A stretch of DNA of 62,426 nt, filler included, from Sphacelaria rigidula (taxonomy: Eukaryota), in assembly GCA_964200075.2 (NCBI GenBank). It is 9 parts of 9 records of this genome, joined end to end, with 100 filler letters (N's around TTAATTAATTAA, not from the genome) between each part and the next. Parts side by side here need not be neighbours in the genome. Positions count along the whole stretch, not along the records: positions 1 to 6,848 come from CAXNAA020017778.1; positions 6,949 to 13,796 come from CAXNAA020017779.1; 7 more parts are not named here. One strand, 5' to 3'. Shown in pieces: positions 1-13,100 of the stretch. The first letter of the stretch is position 1. Every line of letters begins with the position of its first letter. A program made the translations under genes and the position numbers. The notes under the pieces are model-generated. The model had not been told where the DNA came from. It searched no databases and saw only the letters and a program-made list of their open reading frames with translations.

Positions 1-400
1 ACAGCAATTCCCCCCTGCTCCTTTAAATTTCCCAAACAAAAATGATCTGTTTCCCCGCTTTTGTTTTCTCCCCCCCCCCCCCCCCCTCCCCCCATAACAT
101 CGTCGACAAACCACTCTTGAGTAAACACAAAATACATTTCTGACACAAATAAACACACCGTTACAAAACATTTCATGACTGTCGCCAGATGACTTGTCGA
201 TCACCACCAATTCACAACTAATCCCAACCTTCCCGCCCGCGCGGCCAATCCCCCCGAGGCTCTTCTTCCTCGACCCCGACTTCGCACACTGCGCAGTCAC
301 CACCATACGCTCGTACGCCTACTCTGAACAGTAGAGACCTACTTCGTTGAGTACTCGAGGAGAGGAAGATTTAGGCACGTCAGATCTGTCGTGGTCGTCA

Positions 401-3400
401 TCAGGCTTTGCGCGCAAACGCCAGTTGGAGGGAGTTGGTGCTCGTGAGCTTGAAGCCGTTGAGGGCGTTCATCGCGATACCAGCCTGCAGACACAACAGC
501 GAGAAGAAAATATGAGCCCAACAAGACAACAAGACAACAAGAGCGGCGGAGAACACGACAGCGCTGTTATGGAAAGAAACAAGAACGAGGATACGATTTC
601 CCCAGGATAGTTTCAGATATGGAAGGTAAACGAGGTGCAGCAAAAAGCCAGATACTGCCGTGATTGCGACGCGGAGCGCTTCATGTCTCAACAGATTAAA
701 CTCACAGCCCCGCTACCGATCACGTCATCAGCGACGTCTATATCCCGGTCGATTCTGCATGGAGCAGGCGAGCTGGGGCGCTTTTCGCATTATGGCAGCG
801 AGCTGATGCCATGGAGAAGGAAAGCGATTACGCGTCGGTAGGTTGTGGCTTCATTCAGATTTCGGGGCTCTGCTTCTGCTGCATTTCACTTGATGACTAT
901 GGCAGCCGAACATTAGATGACACCTAAACGGACAACTTCACAACTTCAGTAGTTGCCCCTTGTACTGAAAAGCACAGCTTGCGTTACCGTTGTTAATCAA
1001 AACTTTTGACCGTGAGTAAAATGTGAGAATGCAGTGAGGAACTGCAAAAATACTCTCATGACACAACCACGTGTAAACCCATACAGTACTAATTTTCGGG
1101 GTTGACCAGCAAAACGACTAGGGTGCTCTGCTCGTGTGTCGACTCAGCATCATGCCTATCAAGAGTTTTTCTTCGACAATGACAGCTCAACCCAACAACG
1201 ATGTTCAACCCCGGAATCGTGCTTCCCCTCACAACAACATTGATCATGAACGATGTCTTTTTTTGTCACCCCAAAGCCCCTCAACTGTGTGGATACTTTC
1301 TTAGCCCTCTGACTGCGAGGGTAGGTCATCTGAGCCATGTACTACTCTCTCAGGCGAAAGGCGATGCCGGCTCAACAGATCACCTAACCTGGCGACCGAG
1401 GGGTCAAGCGACTTTACCCAACTCTGCAAGGCGATCGTAGCACTGAGCGATGCGGCTTCTGCTGCTGACTTCATTACCCATGAATCGAGGCACACTGACG
1501 CTTCCTCTAGGCGCTGTGGGGTTACGTACTGCACACGACAGGTGAAAGCCGCTCACAGGAGTACTGATGCGATCCGGTATTTTTCACTCTGTTTCTCAAG
1601 CTTTCACATTCCCTCCAGGGTGACGAAAGTCAACCATAGATATCCTCTGTATTTCATTGCTGTATTGGAACTTGCCTGCATCTGGTCGGCAAACTCGATG
1701 AAAGCTTGTCCGCCCGGAGCCATGCGTGCCTGCGATCGATCATAATTTACACACGAGGAGAAGAAGCGGCATTATGCCTGGATCACTTCGTATTGCACAG
1801 GGACACCGTGGTGCCGAAGACATCGTGAAACAGGTGCAATAACCGAGACCCAGACAGCGAGACAGACGCAAGAGAGGACCTTTGAGACATGTCGGCGGAC
1901 TAGACCACACGATCGGAGAAGAGTCGTTGTCCGCACTTTTTCGGCGATCAAAAGCCGAAAACACACACAAGGGGCTACTCAACGTAACATTACAGTTACA
2001 CGAACGTCCCATGACGACGGCGCTAGATTCACGGCAACGAAGAGCTGGGTGCCTCTCGACGAGAGCCGATGATAAGCGACAGAGATTCAATGAGTCACAA
2101 TCCAATATACTAAGGTCAAGTTATTGCACTACTACCAGTACAGCGCAGGGTCCCTTAATAGTGTGGTCATCCCGGGCTGATCCCCCAAACGCATTATACT
2201 GGGACCCCCAGTGTCTAATGTTTCCAACAATGCCCAAAACCTGCTCACCTCTGAAAATCCTGGATACTGCTCGAACAGCTTGGACAGCATAACTTGCGTG
2301 ATCTCCGGGGGCAGTCCGGTGGCATACAGAATCTTGTGCGGCACTGCGTCAGGACGACAATATCAAGTTCGCAACAAGTGTCGGACAAGACGAGACACAA
2401 AAATTCAGGGGGAGAAAAGGGGAAGATGGAAACAAGGGTCACGAAAACAATGGGGGTTTGGGGGAAGGCGGAAGGGGGGTCGGCAATGATATCAGGATAC
2501 TACACACCCATTGCCCACCCCAAGTTGCAGGCTAGAGCCATGACGTACCCCATGGAGCAGGAATCTTTCCCACGAAAGTTAACGGCGGTACTCTCTGTGA
2601 TGTGCTTTATTGGATAGCACATGACGGGTAACAAGGTAACGACAAGCACCTCAGTCATACAAAATTGAACACGAGGGACCCGTTGACCATGGACTTGCGG
2701 CACACCCAGGGATCCAGCCATTCAGGATCTTTAGGGTGACTTGACTACACAAAATCTACTGGAGAAGTTTCAGCACGATCTGTTGATGTGTGTGTATCAC
2801 GTACCACCCATGGGTACATAAGAAACATCGGCAAACAGAGCAGTAAGTACATAGTGCCTTTTTGGCATGCTAAGTAGAGGACACGACACAAAGAAATAAT
2901 TGTAGTCTAGAGTAGCCGGAACATGAAGTCCCGAACAAACTTCTCGTACAAACTGCGGTGTTAAGAGTTCAAGACTTTTCGATTTTTGTGGATAGCTCAA
3001 AAAGTAATTTTCCTCCTCTAAGACAGAAAAGCAGAGCGAATCCGGCCGACCCGACCTACGCGACACTAACTACCGGTAATGAAACATGGTTATAACAAAG
3101 CATTCGAGAAGCCATTGGCCAATTTTAAGAGGTAAGCATTTGAGCTGGGAGAGATTCATCGCGATGGAACAACAGAATTTATGCGGTGCAGAGAAGGGAA
3201 AGATAGCGTCCCGATTTTTCGTGGACAACAAGCGAGGTTTACTCCTTTGGACGAGGGACTTTCAGCACGTAGAGTTGTTCATTTTTGCTCATTGTGAGTA
3301 CATGATCGCAAAGCAGATATGAATAGCCAGAACGTGAATTTTCTTCAACAAGTTCTACAGTTGCGTTATGATCAGTGATCGAACCCTGACCTCTGGAAAA

Positions 3401-6047
3401 CGACAGTAACACATTTACTTGAAGGCAAGCAACAAATAAGACATCCCCTCCCCCTCTCCCGATCCTGTGATCGGTGCATCCGTGACTCACCGTCTCCGAT
3501 TGGCCCTGGGGCGGGAACCGGTACCGCGGGTGGAACGGTGCCAGGTGCCACCCCTGGCGCCGCGGCCGTCGCGGCCGCCGCTCCATCTTCCGCCTTTGCG
3601 CGGGGGGCTCCGGCGGCTTCGGCCGCCTGTGCCTGCGGCAATTTCCGCTTGTCACGAGGCACGTAAGTTCCCGCTTTTTTTGTGACTTTGTCGCTTTCCG
3701 TCTGGGAAAGTGAATGGAACATATGGGAAAAAACGGATCGTAGTTGGAGGGTGGGGGGGGGTAAAGGTGAAGATTGCATACGTCAGACGAGCACGAGTAT
3801 GACTCGTGGCACTCGCGCTCGTTGGGCTGCCAGTTGACCGTTTTTGGAGGTTCTCGAGCACTCGAGTCATTGCTCGTTGTGGAAAAATTCATGGGGCGAG
3901 CACTGGAGTCAATACTCGTTATGGAAAAATCAGGAAGGCGAGCACTCAAGTCGTGCTTATTTTTTTTTCCAAAAAACATCAACCAGTGCACTCGTTTCGA
4001 CGAGTGATGACTCGTCCGACGTGTGGAACATTATCGAGGCCCGTCGCGTCATTCAGTTTCTTTGTAGCACCAGATTCCACGGATTGGAGCTAGCGGCCAA
4101 CGCGGGCAGGGACGGCTGCTCTCTTCCCCGCGAGACCCAAAATGGGAGACATGTCACGTACATGGGCAGACCAAGAATAGAGAGAGGAATTCATGTGCAA
4201 CAGTCAAATCACGTTGGCCAATCTCTTGCTATCTCGCGTTCGCGACAAGGGGAGGGAGGGTGGTCTGCATTGCGCGCGTTACCATTGTGTCTGAACTTTG
4301 GCTGGACGATGTCCAGCTATTGTTTGCTACGAAAAATGACGAAATAAATATTGGAAACGCGGAACGGGGGTGCTGTATCCATCAAAAGCAGTCACGCCGT
4401 CGTCACAGGCATACAATGGCGAAGACCTCAAAATCCCGCCTGCAAAATGACATGACTGTATATCTTGCAGCAGATGCATCATGACGCCCTCCGGTGTAGT
4501 CCGCGCGAGCCAAATACGAGCACGAAGCAACCGCACGATTTCTAAATGATGACCGAGGCTGTCGAGAGCACGTCCCCCATGTTTCCGGGGTTCCGTAACA
4601 ACGATCCCGTCAATAAAATCAACCAGGGTTTTCCCCGGAGTACCAGTTAGCAGCTTGCGTCTTGATTTTGGCCCCAACGAGAGGCAACCTTCACGACAAC
4701 TTAGATACCTGTGTATGTGTGTGCGCTGCACGCTACAAACGTTTTGGAGCTTGATCTCGATAAAATCGGAGCTCTCACACAGCCCTCGCGGTAGTTACCC
4801 TAGCATGATGTATGTCCTCATGAAAGCAACAACTATGAAAGAGACATCATGACATCGTCACACCCCGTGTTGTGAGCTCATGGATACTGATCCACACAGT
4901 CGCCGCCGCGCTCCGGTGGTGTCAAGTAGTACCGTACATGATTCGGCCAGTTTGAGCGGTGAAAAGTAGTGGGTTCGAATCCCGGCAGAAGAGTCATGCT
5001 CCGTTTCACGGATTACCGACGAGGAAAGCGCAATAGCGTGAAGGCGTGAGTCGATCAGCTGCAGGAAGGCAATCCAGGGCTCAACAAATTTCAAGTCAGG
5101 TACTGGTCGAGGGAAAGGCTAACCCTTTGAGACCGCGGACTTGCCCCGAGGAAAGGGGTGGGCATTGAAAGAGCGACAATAAAAGGACGGAGAAAAAACA
5201 ACATGGGCCGGCCGAGAAACCGGAAATTTTGAGATTTTGCCAATATCGCCCGGCCGAGCTCAGTTTTTCGAGCTGGGTCCCGAATTTCCCACACGTGATC
5301 GGCTGGGAACTCGCCGATACAACGCGCCGGTGCTCTCTCCGCTGTTTATTTTTCGTCAACTTACCTCCGATTTTTCATACATCAAAAACCTCGTGTTGAT
5401 CGTATCTCGGCAGGTGAGAAAAAAAAAAAGGCACCCACGGAATATGTCGGTGAGTTCTTTGCCAGTCACATGTCAAAATTTCAGGCCTCCACTCGAAAAA
5501 TTCGACCCAGCGCGGCCGTAGTTGCAGATATTTGCACCAAGATGGCTCAGCATGCAACCTCACATTCAAGATCAGCTTTTAGGGTTCCGTCCGTAACATT
5601 GGAACGACGATTCATCACGAAACGAGACCCATACCTGTCTTTTTCCCGCCTATGGGAATTACAAGCTCATAACGTTCTGGTCGATTCGAGAAAATAACAT
5701 TGCCTGGTACTAGAAAAAGAGCAAAAATGCGGAGACGCGATTTTCACGACATCAACCTATTCTAGTGGATTTATAGTCTGGGCGGCTGTGCGTGACCGCC
5801 CCAGCTAGCCGATCGCAACGATATGCTCAGCGTGCCCTGACTCGGTGCGGTTCAAACGGTACGACCATGTCACACAGACTGATTCTCTTGGCCGCCCCAG
5901 CTTGCGCATAATCCGACCGTATGAAAAAACAGAAAATGAACGCACCTTGGCAAACTGTATCCGCATTTTTTTCTCGAAAAATGGGAATCCTTGCATTTGC
6001 CGGAGAGCGTTAGTCGCCATGCTCTTCTCCGCGAACACCACCCATGC
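401..6047 (-). CDS. U1A/U2B''-family snRNP protein (two RRMs), 5'-partial; exons 6047-5946, 3701-3491, 2343-2249, 1729-1676, 484-401
   Basis: Exons splice in phase to ...[54 protein letters not shown]..(Ala/Pro linker)..[79 protein letters not shown]. This matches the end of RRM1 and all of RRM2 of U1A/U2B''. All acceptors are CAG; donors are GT except one GC. The residues that separate U1A from U2B'' lie upstream of the exons I found. Confidence 0.93.
3777..4025. mobile_element. MITE-like element with CA(C/T)ACGTC(A/G)GACGAG terminal inverted repeats and ~42-bp internal repeats, in a U1A/U2B'' intron
   Basis: catacgtcagacgag at 3777 is the near reverse complement of ctcgtccgacgtgtg ending at 4025; gagcact..agtc units at ~3857, 3898, 3940. 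No TSD seen. Confidence 0.55.
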
Positions 6048-6848
6048 CTGCCGCCACAATGTTTCCGAAAACATTTTTATTTCCCCCCATGAACAACGGG
6101 ACAGTGCGGTAGCGAGCGATTGGGGGGTCGGTGGGAGGGGGGAAGCGGACTTAGAGGGTCAGTGACTATAAATACACACTCAGATACCATGTTCGGAGTA
6201 TGAAAACAGAGCACATGTCGGGACATACTGTTCAACCCAAACATTCTGTGTCAAAACGCAAAAGAGGGTATCTGGTACCTGCGGATATTCGGTAGTTGTC
6301 GTTCAATACACGAGTTACATGAGAGGAAAGGAACCCTAAACCCTTCCAGGGTACGACGGCCATCAGTTAGCGGTGTGAAAAGGGACAAGAAAAAAAAAAA
6401 AATGAATCTTCGGTTACAGTTGTGAACAGTGCGTTTACGATTGACTACACAACGCGAAGCGCCGCTGAGTGCAATCGACAACAGGAATGCCAACACAAGG
6501 TGGGGCGAACTAGTGAAGAATAGGAAGTCGGACCGTAAAGGGGTTAGACGACTTGACTAATGAGCGGATCATTCGATCGACTGGTTGCCACGGCATTCAC
6601 TGATACGTCAACAAGAGGTAGCTACACGGAAGAACAATCGCTGTGGAGATCCACGTAAACACAGAACTCAACACTAGGGCACAATCATGTGCACCAAGGC
6701 TCGACAATCGTGCGAATACCGTCGTACATCTACACGAGATTGCAATAGCCTCGACACATGAACGGATTGAAACTCGAAGAAAACAATCCGCCCCCCCCCC
6801 CGACACCCCCCCCCCACCGCCCCCACACCCCCACACAGCCCAAACCCC

Positions 6849-6948
6849 NNNNNNNNNNNNNNNNNNNNNNNNNNNNNNNNNNNNNNNNNNNNTTAATTAA
6901 TTAANNNNNNNNNNNNNNNNNNNNNNNNNNNNNNNNNNNNNNNNNNNN
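6849..6948. other. Artificial contig spacer (N-TTAATTAATTAA-N); same spacers at 13797-13896, 20745-20844, 27693-27792, 34640-34739, 41587-41686, 48534-48633, 55481-55580
   Basis: 100-bp N blocks around a six-frame stop linker; flanking contigs have near-identical, descending lengths. Confidence 0.99.
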
Positions 6949-7014
6949 AATTTTTGTTTTTTTTCCGTGAACCAGCCTGTATCGACCTACCAACTAACCG
7001 ATCAACCCACCCAT

Positions 7015-7099
7015 CTACCTACCTACCTACATACCTACCTACCTACCTACCTACCTACCTACCTACCTACCTACCTACCTACCTACCTACCTACCTACC
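7015..7099 (+). repeat. (ACCT)n microsatellite
   Basis: Direct reading; it explains the spurious YLPT-repeat ORFs. Confidence 0.95.
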
Positions 7100-7326
7100 C
7101 CGTCTTAAAGACACGAAAATACGTCGTTCTTGTTTTCATCATGATACGGAAATCGAACAACAGTTTTTTCAATCTCTCGATGCAGCTCAACTCGTTCGAC
7201 GTTTTCATATTCGGGCTACCCATTACATCCAACACACTTGAGACGAATCGAATTTCACCTATTCAATCAATGTTGACTTTTCGGCGTTCTTTGCAAGCAA
7301 TTCACGCTGGACCTTATTATTTTTAT

Positions 7327-9240
7327 TATTATTTCCGCACATTAGTCCGATCTCGCGAACCCGTGGTCACAGACGTAGGCTCGCCTTTCCAATACCGTCC
7401 CTGCTATTCCTTACCAGACCTATATGACCTTATCCCTGTATCCTTCCGTGGTGGCAGCACATACTGTAGTTATGATTTGGATTTCTGAAACATTCACTAC
7501 GGGGTCGAATTTTACCCGAAACCGTGATGTTTCGATGATGTGGGGTTTTGGTTCTACCTTCCACTCGTGATTCGCACGGTTCAACCAACGGGCGTCTTGA
7601 CGGTTTCCTTATATTTGTTGCAGAAAAGCTCAGATCGCCCTCAAACTTGGCGATTCCGTAGGTATTGATAATCCAAATGGAGAGAGAAAAATCTCGACGA
7701 TGTTTCGAAGTTTCTCCGTTCTCTACCGGCTTCCGAGGGTCCCAGGATGAAGACTCTCAAAAGGCGGTACAGAACGCCTCAACAGAAAAAGAATAAAATG
7801 GTACGTCCCAGGATAATCCAAGGAACACATGTACAAAGTTTGGTCGAGGAACTCGGAAACTTCATACCGTGTTTCTCGCCCTAACGTTAAATACACCCAA
7901 AAAAGAGGTTTTCGTACTAAAACCAAGTAGTTAGTAGTTTGCACGTTTCAAGCTCACATCCTCGCATAAACGCGCAAAACTTCACGCCATTATTAGGAGC
8001 TGGACCCTGAAACTTCGCACAAACGTGATATGGGTCGTGTACACAACTTTGGATGGACGAGTTATTTTTATTTTCGACTTGTTTCCCGTTTTTTTGAAGT
8101 AATCTCCCGACTGGGACCACGGAAAACCGGCACTGGGATTTTTTTTCCTTTTTCTTCGCAGACGAGCTGTCGCTGCATCACCCAAGGAAGGGCCCCACAA
8201 AGTTTCGTGGCTAAACTCGATTGAGTCATGCTTGAATTTTTATCATCACTTCAAAGAAGGACCAAAATACGCCATTCTTATACTAAAAATGAGGTAATTT
8301 GCGATCTCAACGTGGCAAGTAAAATCGCACAAACGCGCAAAACTTCACGCCATTTTCAGGAATTAGATCCTGAGGTGTTGCACAGATGTGCCATATATGG
8401 GTCATCACGCAACTTTGGATACACGAGGATTTTTCATTTTCACTTTTTACCGTTATTCGGGGGTCCGACGAGATCCAAGTTTCCCCGAAAAGCCTGGGAC
8501 CCCAAAAACCCTAAAAAAGTCAATAATCTAAATAACCTTCCAAAGCTGCGTAATTACCCTTATCTATGGGCCATTACGCAACTTTGGATGAAAGATTTTT
8601 TTCATTACTCCTCTTTTACCGTTTCTCGGGGGTCCGAAGGGACCCAAGGTTCCCCGAAAAACCTGAGGCCCCAGAAAACCTGTCGAGAATTCAAGAGGTA
8701 AAAAAAACTCGATCTTCGAAAGTTGCGTAATGACTCATAACACATTTGGGCAAAAATTCAGGGTAGGGCGTAAAAATTTGCCGATGAGTATTTTTGATTG
8801 GATGAGCGTTTATCGGGTAGTACACTCACTTACTAGTAGTACATCTGCGGTCTTTCCGAACAGCTGTGGGGGTTGTTTTTGAGTTGACCCTCGCTCGGTG
8901 GCCATGCTAATCCCCTTGTGTCATCTGTGCTTTCTTGTCTTTCTTTTGTTTCCCTTTTCTGTCGGTGTGCTTTTCTCAGCAGATCTGAAGGGATGCTTTC
9001 CCTCTTCATCCCGTTGAACTCGGGGAAGCTACTCCTCATATTTTTCTTGGCGTCTCTCTTCTTAGTTTCATTTTGGTAATATTTTAGTTGATTGCGTTTG
9101 TTCTTGTAGTTAGGCTGAAATCTCAGAAGAAAAATGAAGGAGGATTCTTGGTCTTGTAAGGAATAGCAGGGACGGTATTGGAAAGACGAGCCTACAGTCA
9201 CCACGGGTTCGAGAGATCGGACTAATGTGCGGAAATAATA
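7327..9240. mobile_element. Non-autonomous TIR element, ~1.9 kb, with ~90-bp terminal inverted repeats
   Basis: 7327-7420 (tattatttccgcacattagtccgatctcgcgaacccgtgg...gctattccttac) is the near-perfect reverse complement of 9150-9240. Internal duplicated motif aaacgcgcaaaacttcacgccatt at ~7968 and ~8331. No transposase ORF. Confidence 0.8.
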
Positions 9241-9414
9241 TTAGTAATAAAGCGTGGAGTAGCCTGTAATTCATCACAAAAGTTGAAGATAAATATAATT
9301 ATGTTCGATGCATAATTCAGGGCCATGTATCCAACGCTTGGGAGAGGGAGGGCGGGGGGAGTACACATGACCTTGCGTGCCGTAGTCCCAAGACTATTGA
9401 TCTCGCACCCCTAC

Positions 9415-10001
9415 GTGTATGGAAGAAAGTAAGGAAAGTTCAGACTGGAAACATGCGGGATAAGGAAGTCGAGGAAGTATGGAAGGATATAGAGGGAAAC
9501 CAAGACGAAATATTGTCCATAGGTGAAGGTGCGGAGTACAATAACGAAGTAAGAGGCATGATAGAAATAAGGGAAGAAGGAGGGCTTAGACGAAAAGTAG
9601 AGGAGGAAGAACACCTGAAGATACACGGGGGGTTGGGAGAGGGGACGAGGATAAAAACATATCTGCATGGGCCCGCAATAGACGCGGCGAAAAATATTAA
9701 ACTGCGATTTCGGGTGGGGGACCTGGACCTGCCAGAAAGAAGAAATAAGTATGCAAGTAGTCGAGAGGAGGAAGAAGATGCACAGAATTGCCCCTGCGGC
9801 AAAGCAATAGAGATCAGAAGTCGTATAGTGGCAGAATGTGAACTATACAAGGCGAAAAGGGACGTGATAGAGGGGGAAATGCGGGACGTGAGCGAAGGTG
9901 GCATGAAATCGTCTAATGCGTTAGACAGTAGCGAGCACACGATGGCTACACTCGGAGATGGGAAATCATGAGTACACCCTCCCCTCCCTCCCTCCACCCC
10001 C
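9415..10001 (+). mobile_element. 5'-truncated non-LTR retrotransposon fragment (C-terminal region with CPCG zinc-knuckle-like motif), ending in a C-rich tract
   Basis: ORF 9453-9971: KTYLHGP..DAAKNIKLRFRVGDLDLPERR...CPCGKAIEIRSRIVAECELY, resembling the post-RT CCHC region of LINE ORF2 (the His appears replaced). Followed by tcatgagtacaccctcccc. Confidence 0.6.
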
Positions 10002-10136
10002 TTCGACACCTGATGACTGACTCACTTGCTACACGGTTACAATCTAGAATCCCCTTCCCTTTTCCCCCCCCGGCTATGGCTAACGCCCACCCAGTATCGC
10101 TGCGTCGTGCACCAGCATAATGCAGGGATAACTCAC

Positions 10137-13100
10137 GTCGGCGTAGCCACTCCCAGGATTGGTGACGACGATCCCCACCACCTTGCCTCCCTTCATCGCG
10201 GCGACAGCAGTGGCACTAGTTCCGTTCGGGTTTCTGTTTTTTTTTTTCACGCGAAGGAATCGATGGCCATTTTTGTGGTTTGTTTCCTGAAAGAAGGAGG
10301 AAACCTTACGAAACACGTACCCCGCGAACGGGTTCGCGTGTCGACTACCCGAAGCCTCAGCTAGACCGCCCTGTGGCGGCCATACGGGGTAGGCGCCTCG
10401 AGCTTTACTCAATTTATCGCAGGAGTTGAACCCACTAAACCCTTGCCAACTTGGCGGAGTGCACGCCCCGCCCTACTCTTGTGAGCTTCGGCCCTAGTGT
10501 GGATGTTCCTGTACAAGTCCGTCCGTCTGTCTGTCAGTCATCAAGCCAATCAACCAACCAGCTAGGATGTCAGCAAGCAAGCGAGCAAGCAACCCAAGAC
10601 TGCTTTTGTTTTGTCAGTCGTGTTCATTATACCACACCTTGGGTGTTAAATAAATGGGTGGCGAAAGAGTTGAAAATTCTCATTTGTGTTTTCTCCAAGT
10701 CACAATCTAAACCCCTCCATTTCCTCGGGACGAGTCCCTTTGGTCTAGAGGCATCAATCAGCCCGCCTATCCGCGATATAGAGTTTCATTAGGGGAAAAA
10801 ATGTACCGCGTATAGCAGGAGCCTATTGCCCGATGGGCAATTGTCTCATTTGGGCAATAGGCTCATAATATACTCAGAATATTTTCTACTCCAACCATTA
10901 CTATATGTAACTCTTGCACTACCTATCATCCAAAGTGTGGTGTCTACCCTAAACGAGGTGGTTTCACGCCGGTTGGTCGACTCAAATCCATTGTTGACAC
11001 ATTTCTCACTTAAGGCCAACCCTAACCCCAACTGAGGCATACCGAGAAAGCTCGGGCAATAAGGGGCGTCGCAAAGGGTGCCCCGAGCGAAGTGTGCGTG
11101 GGCAGATAGACCTCATATCGGTGCCTGTGGGATCAACTTGGACAACACGTTCTGCGTACGCCATGACAGGATAACACTCGGGACCGTCAGCCCATATAGA
11201 GATCCGAATCTCGGTTTACACACTCAATCAAAGGTATGTGTCAACCATGGACTTGCGTCAGTCGAAATGGGATAAACTACACTCCGAAAATAGTTCGAGA
11301 AATGCAACTTCAATTAAAAAAACACGGATAAAATAATATATATATATATATACGTATTCCTACACACCTGCGTCAGGAGCTGGGGACCGCGGAAATATAC
11401 GGTGCGCTATTACGCCAGTGGGGGTTGGTGTTTGTGAATAGATAATATGTAAAACATTGCTAATGCCTTAAAAAAAAACATACTACAAGATTGATCCAGG
11501 GGCGAAGGAGCACGGGATACGCGATGCATGCACTTTGCATTTTGTCAACGGGGAATACTCCTCAAAAACTGGGAAATATATACGTGAATAATCACTGCTT
11601 TCGGAGAATATGTTCGCACCATAAATGAATAAACACTACATAATCGAGTCAGGCGCTGAAGACCACCGGGGAATGAATCACGGTCTGATTCTTTTGGTCG
11701 TGAGATGAGAAAGGCAATGGCGAAAAAAAGGAATTGGTTTTGATTGATTTTCACCTTATTGGATTTTGCGTTATTTCAGTTGATGTTTCATTTTATGTCA
11801 TTTTATTTTTTTATCGCTACACATCTACTGGTTCACTACGACTCCAGCCGTGGTCACAAGATAGACGCATGTACCCATAGGGAAATATATCAGCGGAATC
11901 CGCGTACAATAAACAGGGTACGGATATGTTGGTAGGGTATGATATTCCTTACAGAACTTACTGAACCGGCGGGTACAGGTAAGAAGTCTTTCAGAACTTA
12001 CTGAACTGTCGGATGCAGGTACAGAAACTTCAACAGAAAGTACGGAACCTGTCGGACACGGTATGGAGGTTGTACAGAAACTCTTACCCGCAGCCGGGTA
12101 TTTCTACAGAAGAGGGTATACCCATGCCCTGGGCAAGGGTAAACATTTCGTACAGTTCTTACAGAACTGTGGAGTACCGGTATGAGAGGCTTACAGAACT
12201 CGAAAAACTGTCGGGCACGGATAATACCCGGGTAAATACTCCGGATATACAAAAACTCATTCACCACGGAAAACAACCGACTCTGCTTGACAAAATAAAA
12301 ACAACTGAAAGTCTATTTTGCCATACATCTTTACCGCCCAAAAAAGGCAGATAGCGCACAAGAAAAAGAAGGAAGCAAACGAGGAAGTTCGCGATTTCGT
12401 TGATTACGTCCGTAACCCTTTTACGCTTTGCTGTTTTCCACGTGACGTTCCATTCACCCTACCGATTGGTTGACTGATTCATTCATTCTCCTCATCGATT
12501 AATCGATTGTCACAGATTAGCTGATCCCCGATGAAAATTAGAAACTATCGAAATGACGATACGAGAAGAGCAGGTCCAGTGGATAATGACGATGGCTCCC
12601 ACAGTCTGGATAATGACGGGAGATGCAATATTTTTATCCAGGGTGTGGAGGCTACGTAGCTCTGTGGCCCTAGCTTTTGATTCCGACTTCGGGAATGTCT
12701 CGTGGAGCACGCACAGATTCACTTGCAGTAGACATTCATTCTCTCGCGGGGATCGCGCTATTAATAGATAACTAGACAACTACTTGGCCATGACGGAAAC
12801 CCGAGGCGGATGTTGCGCACGGGACCAAGATAACGGTACCCAAGAAAGTCAACTACCCGCTCCTCGTCATAGTTTATCATTATGCATGTTATTTTTTGTG
12901 TTTTGTCTTCAGTTTCACGTGTTCCGAATCGACCGCCACATCGCGATGCTTGAGAGAACACGAAGCACGTCTTCAGGGCACACATACACTTCAAGACAAA
13001 CGACGTCCGATATAAAATCGCCCTTTATTTCAACTAAATGGAAAACAGCATACATGTACTAGTGTATGAAAAAAAAAGCATGTGCAGCAGTGAAAAAGGT

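Noticed and set aside
6954..7488. YLPT-repeat proteins
   Set aside because: Translation of an (ACCT)n microsatellite and a TIR.
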